DNA of 64,000 nucleotides from Camelus dromedarius. Its lineage: Eukaryota. The DNA lies in contig NC_087437.1 in NCBI RefSeq assembly GCF_036321535.1, forward strand, positions 7,068,001 to 7,132,000. The letters run 5' to 3'. The notes under the pieces are model-generated. The model ran no database searches and had not been told where the DNA came from. It saw only the letters and a program-made list of their open reading frames with translations. Both the position numbers and the translations under genes were made by a program. This document shows positions 25,494 to 37,958 of this stretch, in pieces. The first letter of the stretch is position 1, and each line of letters begins with the position of its first letter.

Positions 25494-25967
25494 GAGTGCA
25501 GGCCGTTTCAGAAGGCAAGAGAAAGGCCACGAGGTGTGGGGGTTGGGTGCTTAGTGAAAGTACATACACACTCCACAGACAGCGTGTGGGCCTCCTCACT
25601 CAGAAGGGAGAACGGCCACGAGGTGTGGGGTGGTTAGTTTTTATGGCTCCATAGCTTCCTATGCTAACAAGTGGGAGGGTTATTCCAACTACTTTGGGAA
25701 GGGGCTGGGATTGCCAGGAACTGGGCCACTGCCCACTTTTTGACCTTTTATGGTTAACCTTGAAACGGTCCTGGCACCTGTGGGAGTGCCATTTGGCATG
25801 CTAATATATCACAGTGAGCATATAATGAAGCTCAAGGTCCACTAGAAGTCAAATCTCCCGCCATGTTGAGCTTCAAGGTCTACTGGGAGTTGAATCTTCC
25901 ACCATCTTGGCGTTAATTGCTGTCATTTCTTGAATGGCTGTGCTCTGCCCCCTTCCCTCCAGTCTCA
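25494..25967 (-). mobile_element. ERV1 3' LTR, MER41-like, truncated at its 3' end
   Basis: Minus strand begins TGAGAC directly after the polypurine tract GAGGGGGAA (25968-25976); contains CAAGATGG..CATTATATGCT..TTAGCATGCCAAATGGCACTCCCAC as in MER41-family LTRs. Confidence 0.85.
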
Positions 25968-28035
25968 TTCCCCCTCAGAGATTCTACTCCCATAAACTTA
26001 TAGAGGTGCAAAGGGGTGATGGTCCATCTTCTAAAACTACTTCATGGCTGAGTAGGGGCGCTGACCCTGCCTATCAGGGGGTAAAAAATCTCTCAATGTT
26101 TAATCTAGGGGCCCCTGGGGCAGGCAGCCTTTTGTTTTTGCATCTGAGGGCGGTTATGGGCTGGAATCCTCACATCGTCATCATCTGGGACTGTTGTAAC
26201 CTGGAAGACACAAATCTGACCAAGAAGTTAAAGAGCAAAAAGTTTAAGGAGGAAGATTAGGATTATGACTATTAACTGTAAATGAGACCAAATGTCCTAA
26301 TATACAGGCTTCCCCGTGCCACGCATTATTGATAAAGATAAGCATTCACGTAGGGGCTGAAATTTTCCTGGGGTACGCTTGTCTTTGGGCTCCCATTTTG
26401 GGGAGTGTCACGTATTTAGATGTATCCTGAAGATATAATAGAAGATCTGGGAGCAGATGAATTTTAACAAGGCAGCAGCCATCTGGACCCATGGAAGAGA
26501 CAAGTTATGAACACAATGTGGGGACAAAGGTCTATTAGTATAAAATAGTTAAGTCCCATAGTATTTTATGTCCTTGGCTTGAATGAGATGGTGGTCTAAG
26601 TGATTTTTACCCATTGTTTCTATAGACTTCCTATGAATCTTTTTAAAGATGAAGCATCTTTGTGACATCAGTTTAACTGTCTATAAACAACAAAATACTT
26701 TTTAAAAAAGGCATGGTTAAACACCTGCAGTTGATAGAGGTGTTTACAATTACCAGAAATATGACTTATTACATTTAACTTAACATACCAAATAATCCTA
26801 GTTAATTTAATGCCTAAGATGCCTCAGGGTTCCTTTAAAGAATCTCAAAGTTAGCTGGAGGTCCAAAGAACTTTTAGAATTTGTTAAATATGTATTTACT
26901 TAACCAAAGATTTTAAAAGCAAACACGATCACTTAAAGGCAAAGAATCAGGCAGAATCCATTATCAAAAGCAGAATTTTAAGCAAGCTTTCTTTTCTTAA
27001 CAGAGAGAATAAAACTCTAGTCTTTTTTATCTATTTTTAATAACAAAACATTTTTACCTAATTAAATTTAATCCAATCTTAGAAAATTCTGATTATGCAT
27101 GAAATTCTTTTCTCAGTATTTATTTTCCACAAATCTTTTTTTTTACTGAAAACACACATCTTATTTTTTTAGCATACTGAAATATTTTCAATATTTTAGT
27201 AGCTTTAATCACATATATTATAATTTTAACCCTTAAAAACCTTCAATCTCTGAGAAAAAACCAAGAAGCAGGCAATTGTGAATTGGTTGTCATATCAGCA
27301 TTTCCTGATTGGAAACTTATGCTTTAGTTTTTTTTTTTTTTTTCCTAAGAAAGCAAAGGTAGGTAAACTTAGACCTGCCCAGCAATAAATGTTTTAGCGT
27401 TTTATAAATGACACAGATAGTCAGTGAGTTCTCTTTAACTTAGTTTTAAGTTTCAAGTACCAAAATCTGGAGAGACAATTTTAGGCAGACATTCTCAAAA
27501 CATGATTACTCTTACAGATTTTACCCCAAAGCTCTTTTCTTGTTTACTTTTCTTTTTTTGAAAGCTTTTTTTTTTTTTTCACATTGAGTTACTTTCCTTG
27601 TTGATAAATTTGTAACAGATATAATAAGGTCTTATCTGACCTCCCATAAGCCCAGGTACAACAGAACTATTGTACTTAACATTGATGACTCTAAAGACAT
27701 GTCTATATTAGTTAAACCAACAAGCTTAAGCTAGCTTCAATACTAATAACCAGCACTGAATTCTTTTTAGACAACGTGAGCCTGAAATTCATCTTGGCCA
27801 GTTTCCTTTATATTTTTGAGTATTCATATAAGCACTTAATTCCTTTCAGCCAATTAAATAGAATTCTTTTACCAATTAATTTTGACAATACCTTACGTGT
27901 ATGACATACAAACACTCAAAACAGAGATCTCATGTTTCCATTTTAAAATTCTAGCCATGAATCAGATACAACAATGTAACCCATCAGTTACAAAAGAGGT
28001 TGGATTTAAATTGTATTTTTGGCAGATGGAACAAA
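25968..28035 (-). mobile_element. ERV1 (MER4/MER41-group) internal segment with env C-terminal remnant
   Basis: 26235-26191 translates LFNFLVRFVSSRLQQ, typical of a gamma-type TM cytoplasmic tail; the remainder is AT-rich non-coding internal sequence; no 5' LTR seen. Confidence 0.8.
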
Positions 28036-28049
28036 TTATGTGATATTTC

Positions 28050-28195
28050 TAATGTGTCTGCTTTGTCTCTCTGAGGAGATTGCAAGCTTACTGAAGGCAG
28101 GAACCAGGCCTTCTTTTTCTTTCCTGTCATTCCCAGTAGACGCTCAGGCCCAGATGGGGAACTCATTTAATAGTTGTTGATGGATTGAGTGATTG
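28050..28195 (+). mobile_element. L2 3' end
   Basis: AGATTGCAAGCTTACTGAAGGCAGGAACC..ACTCATTTAATAGTTGTTGATGGATTGAGTGA. Confidence 0.7.
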
Positions 28196-28354
28196 GCTAA
28201 AAATTTCCTTGAGGTTCTGGTTCTAGGAAATTAAAGCTTTAGTTTGCCTAGTAAAACAAAAGGGCAAAAGCTGCCTATGGAATGGTGGAGCATCTCCAGA
28301 ATTCTTACTGATTTTGACACTTTCAGTGACAATGATCTTGTGTTTATCACACTT

Positions 28355-28888
28355 ACTTGGTTGCTGGTAAGAGAAACTTTATTCAAAGTGACTTTTACCA
28401 AATGAATGAATGAATGAATGAACAAATTTAATAAAACTAAACTTATTTATTCACATAACTGACAAGCCCAAGAGCTTGCTGGCTTGATCTGTATCTCAGG
28501 GATCCAATCGTGTCAGCTGGACCAGTTCCGTCTTTCTTGCTATTTTCGGCTTTGCTCTGCAATGCCTTCATGTTAGCACAGACTTTTCTCTCATGATGGT
28601 CCTGGTGGCTCCTTCTTATCCCTCTAGAAAAGGTTCAGGGCTGACACATAATTGTTCTAATGGCCAGATAAGGGTCATCTTCAAGGACCTGAACCAGCCA
28701 TTGTGGCTGAGGGGAGGTGACATTGGAATTATTCAAGTCTGGGTCACATACTTATTCTAGAACCAGGTGGTGGGCTTACCTAGACTCCGACTGACTTTAG
28801 AGGAGCAATCTTTTCCCAAAACAAAATTAGAGCATTGTTTTCAAAAGGAGAATGGATGCTATATAAACAAAGACCACAGCTATCTACA
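28355..28888 (-). mobile_element. MaLR LTR (MLT1K-like)
   Basis: ATTTATTCACATAACTGA..CCTGAACCAGCCATTGTGGC..TCTGGGTCACAT..GAATGGATGCT..TCTACA end. Confidence 0.7.
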
Positions 28889-29229
28889 AGAGATCTTCTT
28901 AGTTCTCCCCAAATGGAGTCCATGGTTGAAGATATTTGTCCACTGAGAAATGCTTTCTTATGTAATAGTTCATTTCTTTATTTCCCATTCCTCAGATAAA
29001 TCTTTCTTTCATGACACAATATTGAGCCAGTATAATTACAGACGAAACACAAATAAACAAGTAAACAAACAATACCCTCCCCCTGCCCCCGGATGTTGTA
29101 GGTTGCATGTGTGTTTCTCTTGGACTTTTCGATAAATTGGAAATAGCTCCATGACCATCAGTCCTGTTCCTACCGCCTCTATCATCTTAGAGGACTGGGT
29201 TGGACACAGCTGCTAAAGTTTGTTTTAAT

Positions 29230-29412
29230 ACAGAGTTTTTCAGACCTCACTGTGCATCAGAATCACCAGGGGTTATTAGGGAATACTGATATCCAGGTCC
29301 CATGCCCAGGGGTTCTTATTTAGTGAACCTGGAGAAAGTCAGGCACTGAAGCGCTTTGTTTTTGTTTTTGTTTTTTGCACTCTAGTGAGTCTACGTGAGT
29401 CAGAACTGGGGG
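29230..29412. mobile_element. MER5A/B (hAT-Charlie) remnant
   Basis: CTGTGCATCAGAATCACCAGGGG..ATACTGATATCCAGGTCCCA. Confidence 0.7.
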
Positions 29413-31069
29413 CCCCTGTACCTCTTGCTTCTTTTGCATTGATTTTGAGGGGCTCTGTAAATCAGGAATCGTGAACAATGAATGCAGTGGTACCTGCCAC
29501 AGCCTGCTGCAGCCTGAAACTACAAACAGCTGCACCTTCACCACAGGTGCACCTTTCTCTGTCCATCACACCTCTGCAAAAACCAGCAAACACAACGATA
29601 ATCACTGTAGTGAAGTTCACAGAAGGGTTGACACCAAAGATGTGTTTTTCCTCTTGCTCATGTGCTAATTTTCTTTTCACATTTATAAACAGTGACTGGT
29701 TTACATTTTTGGCAGAGTTCTGCTTCTGAGTTAATATGCATTGTGAGTGCCAGTTAAACCAAGTTTTCCCAAGAACTTTAGCATTGTTTGTGGTTTAGAG
29801 GTCACTCATAATGGCTTAAAGAGTTTAGCTGGAGTTTTGATCTTGCTTTTATTTATTTTTTTTGCTTTTCCTGAAGAATGCTGTTATTTTTTTCTTAATT
29901 AATTAAATATGTTTCTCCAAGAAGGTACAGGCTGTACCATGAACAATTCTGCTGTCTGATTTAATCTGTATGTGTCAGCATATTAAAGAAACCTGGGAAG
30001 GAATGAATAATGGAGTAAAGCCTATTTATATGGGTACTGAAAAGGGGTCAGTAAGTCGTGGAGAGCAGAATCCACAGATAATTTATAAAATCATCAGCTA
30101 CATCTGATGTGTCAACTTGGAGGGTTCAGTAGTACGTCATCCAAACATATTTCTGCCCTCACGTGATGGTACGGCGATAGCTCCAGTAAATGTATGATCT
30201 GAGGATCTAGGAAGAATTGGATTTAAAATATCAGCTCCATTATTTCCATAAATCATCAAAATATTGTGGAAATTTCATTATTCTGGCAAAGAAACAACAT
30301 ATCTCAGATTGTTTCACTCCCAGCTGCCTCCAAAATATCTGATTTTAGGTTTGGAAAAAATCAGACTAACACACACACGCAAAACAGCAAATAAGGCTTG
30401 TAGAAAAGTACACTGAGTAAAATTCAGAGTGAGCCTGTGTTCACTTCCAAAAGACCACTCAACTGTTTTATTATAGATTATGAGAAGACCATGGGAAATT
30501 AAGTCTAGGGTAAATGAAACTATCTTTGAATTTCCCCAGTCTCACAGTTCCAACTCCACAACCTAGCACAGTCAGCATTCTAATTGATTCCATAAAGCTT
30601 GACTGGAGTCAAAGGGAAATTTAGCTTTTGAAATTAATATACAAACTGAAAGGTACTCAAGAACTTGCTAACTGTTCCTGGTATGAATTTTTATTCCTTT
30701 TGGCCAAAGACATTACAAGATTTACATGGTAAGAAGGAGGTACAATATGAGCTCTAAAATAATTTATAAAAATTTGTCTAGAAGAAAGCTGCGATGAGAT
30801 AGTAAATGTAAGAAGCGGTAGTGTTTTAGAGGTGATGTCCTGAAATAAGTTATCAGGTCAATATTAATTGTTTCTTTTCTCATGTAGACAGTAGTTGATA
30901 TTTAGTGATGGAACAACAATCACGCCATAGAAATTAGCAAAGTCTGAGGGCATAGTGAGATACAGAACAAGTACGAACTTTAATTAAATCTCAGGTCTGA
31001 CTCAAGGGACTGATCCTTTACTTGTCTAAGATGCCAATGTGAAATGAGTCATACCACTAAAAAAAAACA

Positions 31070-31578
31070 CAGCGTTGGAGAGTTCCAGTTGCTCCACATC
31101 CTCACCAACATTTGGGATTGTCAATCTTTGTAATTTTAGACACTCTGGTAGAAGTGTAATGGCATCTTATCATGGCTTTAATTTGCATTTCCCTGATGAC
31201 TAATGATATTGAATATTTATTCATGTGCTTTTTTTTTTTGCCATCTGTTTATCTTCTTTGTGGAAATGTCTGTTCAAATCTTTTGCCCATGTTTTCATTG
31301 GGTGTTTGAGTTCTTATCATTGAGTTGTAAAAGTTATTTATATATTCAGATGCAAGTTCTTTTTCACATATATATATATATTGTAAATATTTTCTCCCAG
31401 TCTTTTGCTTGCCTTTTCATTTCCTTAAGTGCTGCCTTTAAAAGAACAGAACATTTTTACTTTGATGAAATCTTAGATATGAGAAATTTTCTTTTATGGT
31501 TGGTGCTGTTTGCATCCCATCTCAGAATTTTTTGCATATTCTAAGGTTGAAAGATTTTCTCTTAGAAGCTTTATGCTT
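31070..31578 (-). mobile_element. Old L1M ORF2 segment, inverted 5' part of the element at 31580-32150
   Basis: GAGAGTTCCAGTTGCTCCACATCCTCACCAACATTTGG..TTTAATTTGCATTTCCCTGATGACTAATGAT antisense ORF2. Confidence 0.9.
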
Positions 31579-31579
31579 A

Positions 31580-32150
31580 AAACCACGTTGGAAAACCTCA
31601 TGGAAGGTGGTTTAATTTTATGAAGTTAAACACACATTTACCATGCAACCCAGGAATTCCACTGGTGGGTATTTACCCCACAGAAGTGAAAACATGTTCA
31701 TAGAAAGATTTGAACACAAATGTCTATAGTACCCCTGAACTGAAACAACTCAAATGACTACCAACAGGTGAATGAATAAAAGGGTATAGTATATACATAC
31801 ATGTGCTATATAAATATACACAGCAATAAAAAGTCAATTATTGATACATACAACAATGTGGATTAACCTTGAAACATTCTGAGCCAAAAGAGGCAGATAC
31901 AAGAATGAAAAGTGGATGATTACACTTACATGAAACTCTGGAACAGGAAAAATTAACCTGCAGTGATGGAAAACAGATCAGGGGTTGCTTGTTCCTACAA
32001 GATGGGAGGATTTGACTGGTAATGCACAAAACGAAACTTTTTGGAGGGGTGGGGACAAGATTGATAGCTTGACTGTGGTGTAATTATATGAGTGCGTACG
32101 CTTCTCAAAATTCATCAACCGTCCACACTTTAGTGTACTTAAAGGTATGT
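31580..32150 (+). mobile_element. Old L1M 3' end (sense part)
   Basis: AACCACGTTGGAAAAC..CCCAGGAATTCCACT..CAACAGGTGAATGAATAAA..CAAAATTCATCAA. Confidence 0.85.
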
Positions 32151-32314
32151 AAAATCAGGAACATTTGATTAAAGATGGTCTAAAAATACCATAAGGTTAG
32201 CCAATAAGATATACTTAGTGGAAACACACATTCATTTTTAAAATGTGATAATTATTGGTAAAATTTCCAGCTATTAAACCTCCAGATCATGACATTATCG
32301 TTTCTATTTTAAAA

Positions 32315-32745
32315 TAAGACTTTTTATTTAACAGACATTTGAAAAATACAGAAAAGTTAAAAGAACAAGCAGAAAATTCCTCCTTGTCTCAACACCTAAA
32401 CCCAACCTTTTTTCTATGCTTTGTCTGTTTCTTTTTCACAGTTGTCATCAACCTCTTTATTTAATATTTGGGACATATGACATTTAACATATTACTGCTT
32501 TTGTCACATAAGAATTCTCCCAAATAATTCTGCAGTTTTTATACATATGATTTTAACAGTTACATAACATTTGGAGAAATATACACTACAAATTATTTGA
32601 AAATCTCTCCAACTTTTGAACACTTTTCTATCTTGTTTGCTTTGGAATTTTTTCCTTTTGTCGGCTGCGATGATTAGCATACAGCATTTACCCCATTTAG
32701 GATTATTTACATAGGATAGATGCCAAACACCTTGATCAACGGGTC
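32315..32745 (-). mobile_element. L1ME4-like 3' end, highly degraded
   Basis: ATTTGAAAAATACAGAAAAGTTAAAAGAA..GATTATTTACATAGGATAGAT. Confidence 0.55.
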
Positions 32746-33559
32746 ACACAGTCAACATTCCTCGGAACCAAAAGATTGAAACCTGTGCCTTCTGTACAGC
32801 TTTTCTCTGAGGTTTCCATTCAAGAAAATCTTTTATTCTTCTCACTTTCTGAGGAATTATTGCTTTTCAAGGCAGGGAGCTAAGGAGAAAGAGGATTTTC
32901 ACCTACTCTTCTGAATGTACTGCGTTGCCTGAATTAGCCTCATCTATCTGTCAAAGTGCCCAGAAACCATGATGATACAAACTGTGGAAATAGATATCTA
33001 GCATATGGGAACCTGCTTATAATTTCTTGCTCACAGCACTTATCCCACATACAGCATTTATCTTTAAAAGAGCAAGACTAATGAACCCGTATGTATTGTT
33101 TTCCACTTATAGCATATCCTCATTTGAAATCCATCCCATGGAAAATAAAGCTCTTCTAATGAGGAAGGAATGGCAGACTTTTATAGTGAGCAGTGTCATA
33201 ATGCCTTGGTGTAATTCTTGCTTTTGCCACTGACCTTATTGGGTCTTTTTTTTTTTTTTTTTCTAATCAGAGAGACAACTTATGGTCTATAAAATTCCTT
33301 GATCATTTCTGATCTAGAATACTGTGTAACAACACCTTTTAATAAAAATGATCTGGCTTCAAGAAAATAGGGTGTGGTCAAACAGATTACCCGGGAGGTG
33401 TCCATTTGGGGAAGTTATTTTTGCATTGACAAAGGATTCATAATAGTAGTCCTAGAAATACGAACTTCTTTAGTGAATTATGACGATGGCTTGATTTACA
33501 AAAATTCAGATTATGATCAACTCCTTCAGTAATGCATCTGTTCAACTAAATGTTAAACC

Positions 33560-33730
33560 CTGTAGAAGAGTGGTTAAGCTCCGTCATTTAAAAGCTGTGT
33601 GTTTGGGGGCAAGTCCTAATTTCATCCTTTGTAAAATGGGCAATGAGGCAATTTGCTCATAAATTGTGAAGTTTCCATGAGATCATGCACGTGAATACTG
33701 CATACCCTGCAGATACTCAGTGATGCTCAT
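33560..33730 (+). mobile_element. MIR SINE
   Basis: GTGGTTAAG..GGGCAAGTC..CCTTTGTAAAATGGG..ATGAGATCATGCACGTGAA. Confidence 0.7.
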
Positions 33731-33789
33731 GGTCGTGGCGATGTTCATAGGAAAAAGCAGAAGCTGGGAGCATTCCATCATGCCTCACA

Positions 33790-35540
33790 ATTCTGCTTGT
33801 CCTCTTCTGCTCTCCATGACTTGAACTCTCATTGCTGGACAACTGGCCCCACCCTTCACTCTCCCTGACTTTCAGATCCTGTGGGAGGTAAACCAGCCAG
33901 GGACTCAAAGCCTCTGATAAATGACCACTTCACCACTTGTTCTGACATCTGACTGTCCTCTGAAGACCTCACTCCTCAGCAGTCCTCTCTCTTGGAGAGG
34001 TTTCTTCCCCCTTATCAGGACCAGAGGAGACACAGTTGTCCTCTGCTGTACCAGGCTGCTTTCAGACTGGGAGTCCCCTCCCTCCCCCGCAATCCCTGTA
34101 TCCTTGAGGCTCAGCCCTTCTAGACAGACCATCATCTTCGTCTCATGACCATTGTTTACAGACTTCCTTCTGGCCACTTCTCTTCTTCCACTAAATTAAA
34201 TTTTGGCCTCAGGATATATTTTCAGTTTCTTCTACACTCCTTTCATCATCCTTGGGACCTTGGCTTTTCAGTTCCTTGACTTCTCTGTGAAGTGCCCTCG
34301 TCCTCTCCACCTACTCCAAAATCTCAGATTCGTGTATCTCTTTCTTTGACCACAACATCTCGTTAGTCTGGTATTTTCTACTTCATGACATTCAACCCAC
34401 TGATCTCATTGCTGACGCAAAACCCTTTAGCTCATGCCCGGTACCACATTCTTTCATTTCTAGCTTAGACTTGTGATTAAAAGTTCTCCTTTGCAAATCT
34501 CTCCATGCTCTTGCCCTCTCTCCCTCTGCTGTATAAAGTTGGGAAACTTCCAACCTTGGTCAGCTTTTGTTGCTTTTTCCGTATGCACACATGAAGGAGG
34601 ACACCATAGCTGAGGGGAAAAAAAAAATTAAGATGTTAGACCTCAAATGGCTTCTTAACACTGACTATTCAACAATTCTACATTACAAAAATAAGAAGCA
34701 CCATTCAAAACTCTACTCTACTCTCACTACTTCTATCTTTCCCCCTCATTTCAGCTAATGACCTAGTATTGTTATGAAAGGAGAAAGCACAAGATACAGA
34801 ACTCGGTCATTTTTTTCCATCATTAGAATTGGTGATCCAAATCCCTCTGTAGCAGTACCTACCCTCTTTTTCCTTACTATTAAAATGAAGTGCATTTCCC
34901 TTCTTTCAAATGTGGGTAGCTCCTTACACACTCCGGATCTCAGCCTCTCTCCCTTTGTTAAGGTCTTTTCTCATTTGACCATTCTCTCTCTCTCTCTCTC
35001 TCACCATCAGTCTTTCTCTTCCTAAATGATCTTTCCCATCATCCAAACATGCCGACTTAGCCCCCACCTTCACATTTCCTTTACCCTGTCGCCCCCCCTG
35101 CTACTGCCCCATTTCCCTGCACCTTTTCATAGCTCGGCTTCCCGAGATAGGTCTGCAAAGTCTGCTTCCACACTTTCACTGAATTCACTCTTTAACAAAC
35201 TCCAGACTGGCTCCCAGCCCTGCTGCTCCACGACAATTGCTTTGGTTAAGACCACCAAGAGGCTTCATGGACCAATGTCAAAGATTGATTTTCTGTCCTT
35301 ATCTTCAATGACTTCCGAACAGCATTGAGTGGTATCTTTAGTAAGAGGAGAGCCTGGTTCTCTAAAATTGGCCAAGAGGACGAACCTTCAAGTGGGAGGT
35401 TCTTCATCTCTTCTTTCTGTTCCCAAGATGCACACATATTTCCTTCGAAACCACACACTGGCAGGGCCTCTGCTTCTTCTCTTTCCTAACTCCAAATTCA
35501 GATGTGGACTTGAGGCTTCTCCTATGATGTCTCTCAGTAT
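33790..35540 (+). mobile_element. L2 LINE ORF2 body (~1.7 kb), degraded
   Basis: Pyrimidine-rich sense L2 motifs: CTCCAGACTGGCTCCCAGCCCTGCTGCTCCAC..AATTGCTTTGGTTAAGACCACCAA..CAGCATTGA. Confidence 0.7.
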
Positions 35541-35742
35541 TCCTAATTCAGCTGTAGACTTAAGTGCTTCTTTAAGATCTCTCAGGACAGCAGGACATGT
35601 TTAAAAAAAAACAAATACTGAACTAAAAGCTTAGGAATAACGAAACCCAGAAAATCAACGCAGAAAGAATCTACCAAGCCAACATTCTGGCCTTACATGG
35701 CTTATTCATCTGTAGCTTGGGGTTCTCAAAGTGCTGATTCTT

Positions 35743-35908
35743 TTTTTAAAATATTTTATTTATTTATTATTGTGTTATTGAATTATTTTATTTTGGCGGT
35801 GGGGGGGGGAGATAATTAGGTTTATTTTTGGAGGAGGTACTGGGGATTGAACCCAGGACCTCATGCATGTTAAAAATGCACTCTACCACTTGAGCTACAT
35901 CCTCCCCC
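35743..35908 (-). mobile_element. Camelid tRNA-derived SINE (vic-1-like)
   Basis: GAGGTACTGGGGATTGAACCCAGGACCTCATGCATG..CTCTACCACTTGAGCTAC; TSD CTCAAAGTGCTGATTCTT / CTCAGAGTGTTGATTCTT. Confidence 0.9.
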
Positions 35909-37210
35909 CTCAGAGTGTTGATTCTTAAAGAATGGTTTGTGGTCCCATGGTTGCTCCTGAAGGGTCTTCTTTGGGTACAAGTCATTTCTTTAATATTTAG
36001 AAATTAGGGGTAAACCATGTGCCATTTCATGGCCTTTATTTTTGCATGTGGCTAACAGCTATTTAAGCATAACTTACTGAGTTAAGTATTAGTTAACCCA
36101 GCTTGGTTGGGTTATTCAGTATGTATTGAGTAACATCTATCATAAGTTGAAATTCATGAACTAAAATGACTAAATAACTAGATTCCATCAAGGACTTTAT
36201 TTGACAAATAAGTCTGGTGGCTATACGTTTGACACCATTACAAAGCTCCCGCTGATAACACACAAGACCAAACACATACAATACTGCTGTTAAGTCTATA
36301 AGTATATATACAAGCATATGCATATGGGAAAGTGGATACCTGGCTTGGCTCAAGAGTGTGGCGGTGCAAACCAGAGAGCCACTGGTCTAATTGTTGTCTT
36401 CACGTGGTAGACATCATCTTAGCAACACATTTCAGAAACCAATTCTCCCTCAAAGACAGCTGTAAAGAGGAGAGTCCTCAGAATAAAAATTTGAAGTTGG
36501 TACTTTGAGGTTGGAGTGGAAGGCAAACCACATATTTTGGAGGAAACATGGGTCTGTTGCTTTGGGTCCGTACCTTAAGAACTCTGGATATGTTCAGGGT
36601 GACTGGTTGTGTGGTGATGAGAGAAAGGTAGTCTCTGTCATGTTGAGGCAGACTGGGGACAAGGCAAGGAGACACCCCTTGCTGTGCTAAGTTCCAGATT
36701 TTTGGATTTCTGGGACCAGTAAAATTTAAAAAGTAGGAAGGCAACACAGAATGACAACTTTTTATTTTACCAAATAAGGACACTGAAAAAGCAAGTGTAA
36801 TCTGCTATTGAAAGAGAGGACTATTTCTGAAATAAGAGGAAAAAGGACCCAATCTCAAAATAAATAAAATAAATATAATTTACCATTTATATTATGCATC
36901 ATATGATATTATATATCCTATAAGTTTCATATACATCATATGAAAGTCTCATTGCATTTTGTTCTCTTGCATTTTGCTGCACTGTGCACCAATGAAAACT
37001 CCATCAGAGACTTGCTCTGGCATATGGAAATCAATGCTCCAAAAGATAGCTTTACAAAGCTTTAATACATAAATCAGAGTACTATTTGTAAATGAATTGT
37101 ATATTCCCTTTACTGTCTATTTTCCTGTTTTTTCCCATCCCTGAATCTTTGGGAGAGTTGGGTTTATAGATTCTCATCTTATCTCAGCTGAAAAAAAAAA
37201 AAGAAATATG

Positions 37211-37958
37211 GAAAACAGTATGGAGATTCCTTAAAAAACTAAAAATAGACTTACCCTATGATCCAGCAATTCTACTTCTGGGCATATATATATGGAGGGA
37301 ACTCCAATTGTAAAAGATACGTGCACCCCAATGTTCATAGCAGCACTATTTACAATAGCCAGGGTATAGAAACAACCTAAATGTCCATCAACAGATGACT
37401 GGATAAAGAAGTTGCAGTACATTTATACAGTGGAATACTACCCAGCCATAAAAAAGAATAAAACAATGCCACTTGCAGCAACGTGGATGGACCTGGAGAT
37501 CGTCATACTAAGTGAAGTAAGCCAGAAAGAGAAAGAAAAATATCATATTATATCACTTGTATGTGGACTCTAAAAAAAAAAAGATACAAATGAACTTATT
37601 TACAAAACTAAAACAGACTCACAGAGAACAAACTTATGGTTATGGGGGTGGGGGTGGGGGAAGGGGATGGACAGGGATAAACTGGGAGTTTGGGATTTGC
37701 TGATACTAACTACTATATATAAAATAGATGAGTGATATGGTCCTACTGTATAGTGCAGGGAGCTCTATTGAATATCTTATAATAACCTATAGTGCAGAAG
37801 AATATGAAAAGGAATATATATATAAATATATATATTTATAAATGACTTTTATATATATAAATATATATATAAAAAAATATATATAAATGACTCACTGTGC
37901 TGCACACCAGAAATTAACACAACATTGTAAACTGACTAAACTTCAATTAAAAAAGAAA
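37211..37958 (+). mobile_element. Young L1 3' end with ORF2 C-terminus
   Basis: GAAAACAGTATGGAGATTCC..TGCACCCCAATGTTCATAGCAGCACTATTTACAATAGCC..A tail; TSD AAAGAAATATG on both sides; internal (TA)n. Confidence 0.95.

Noticed and set aside
26140..26300. Co-opted env (syncytin-like) gene
   Set aside because: Only a short TM tail remnant with an in-frame stop; the rest of env is absent
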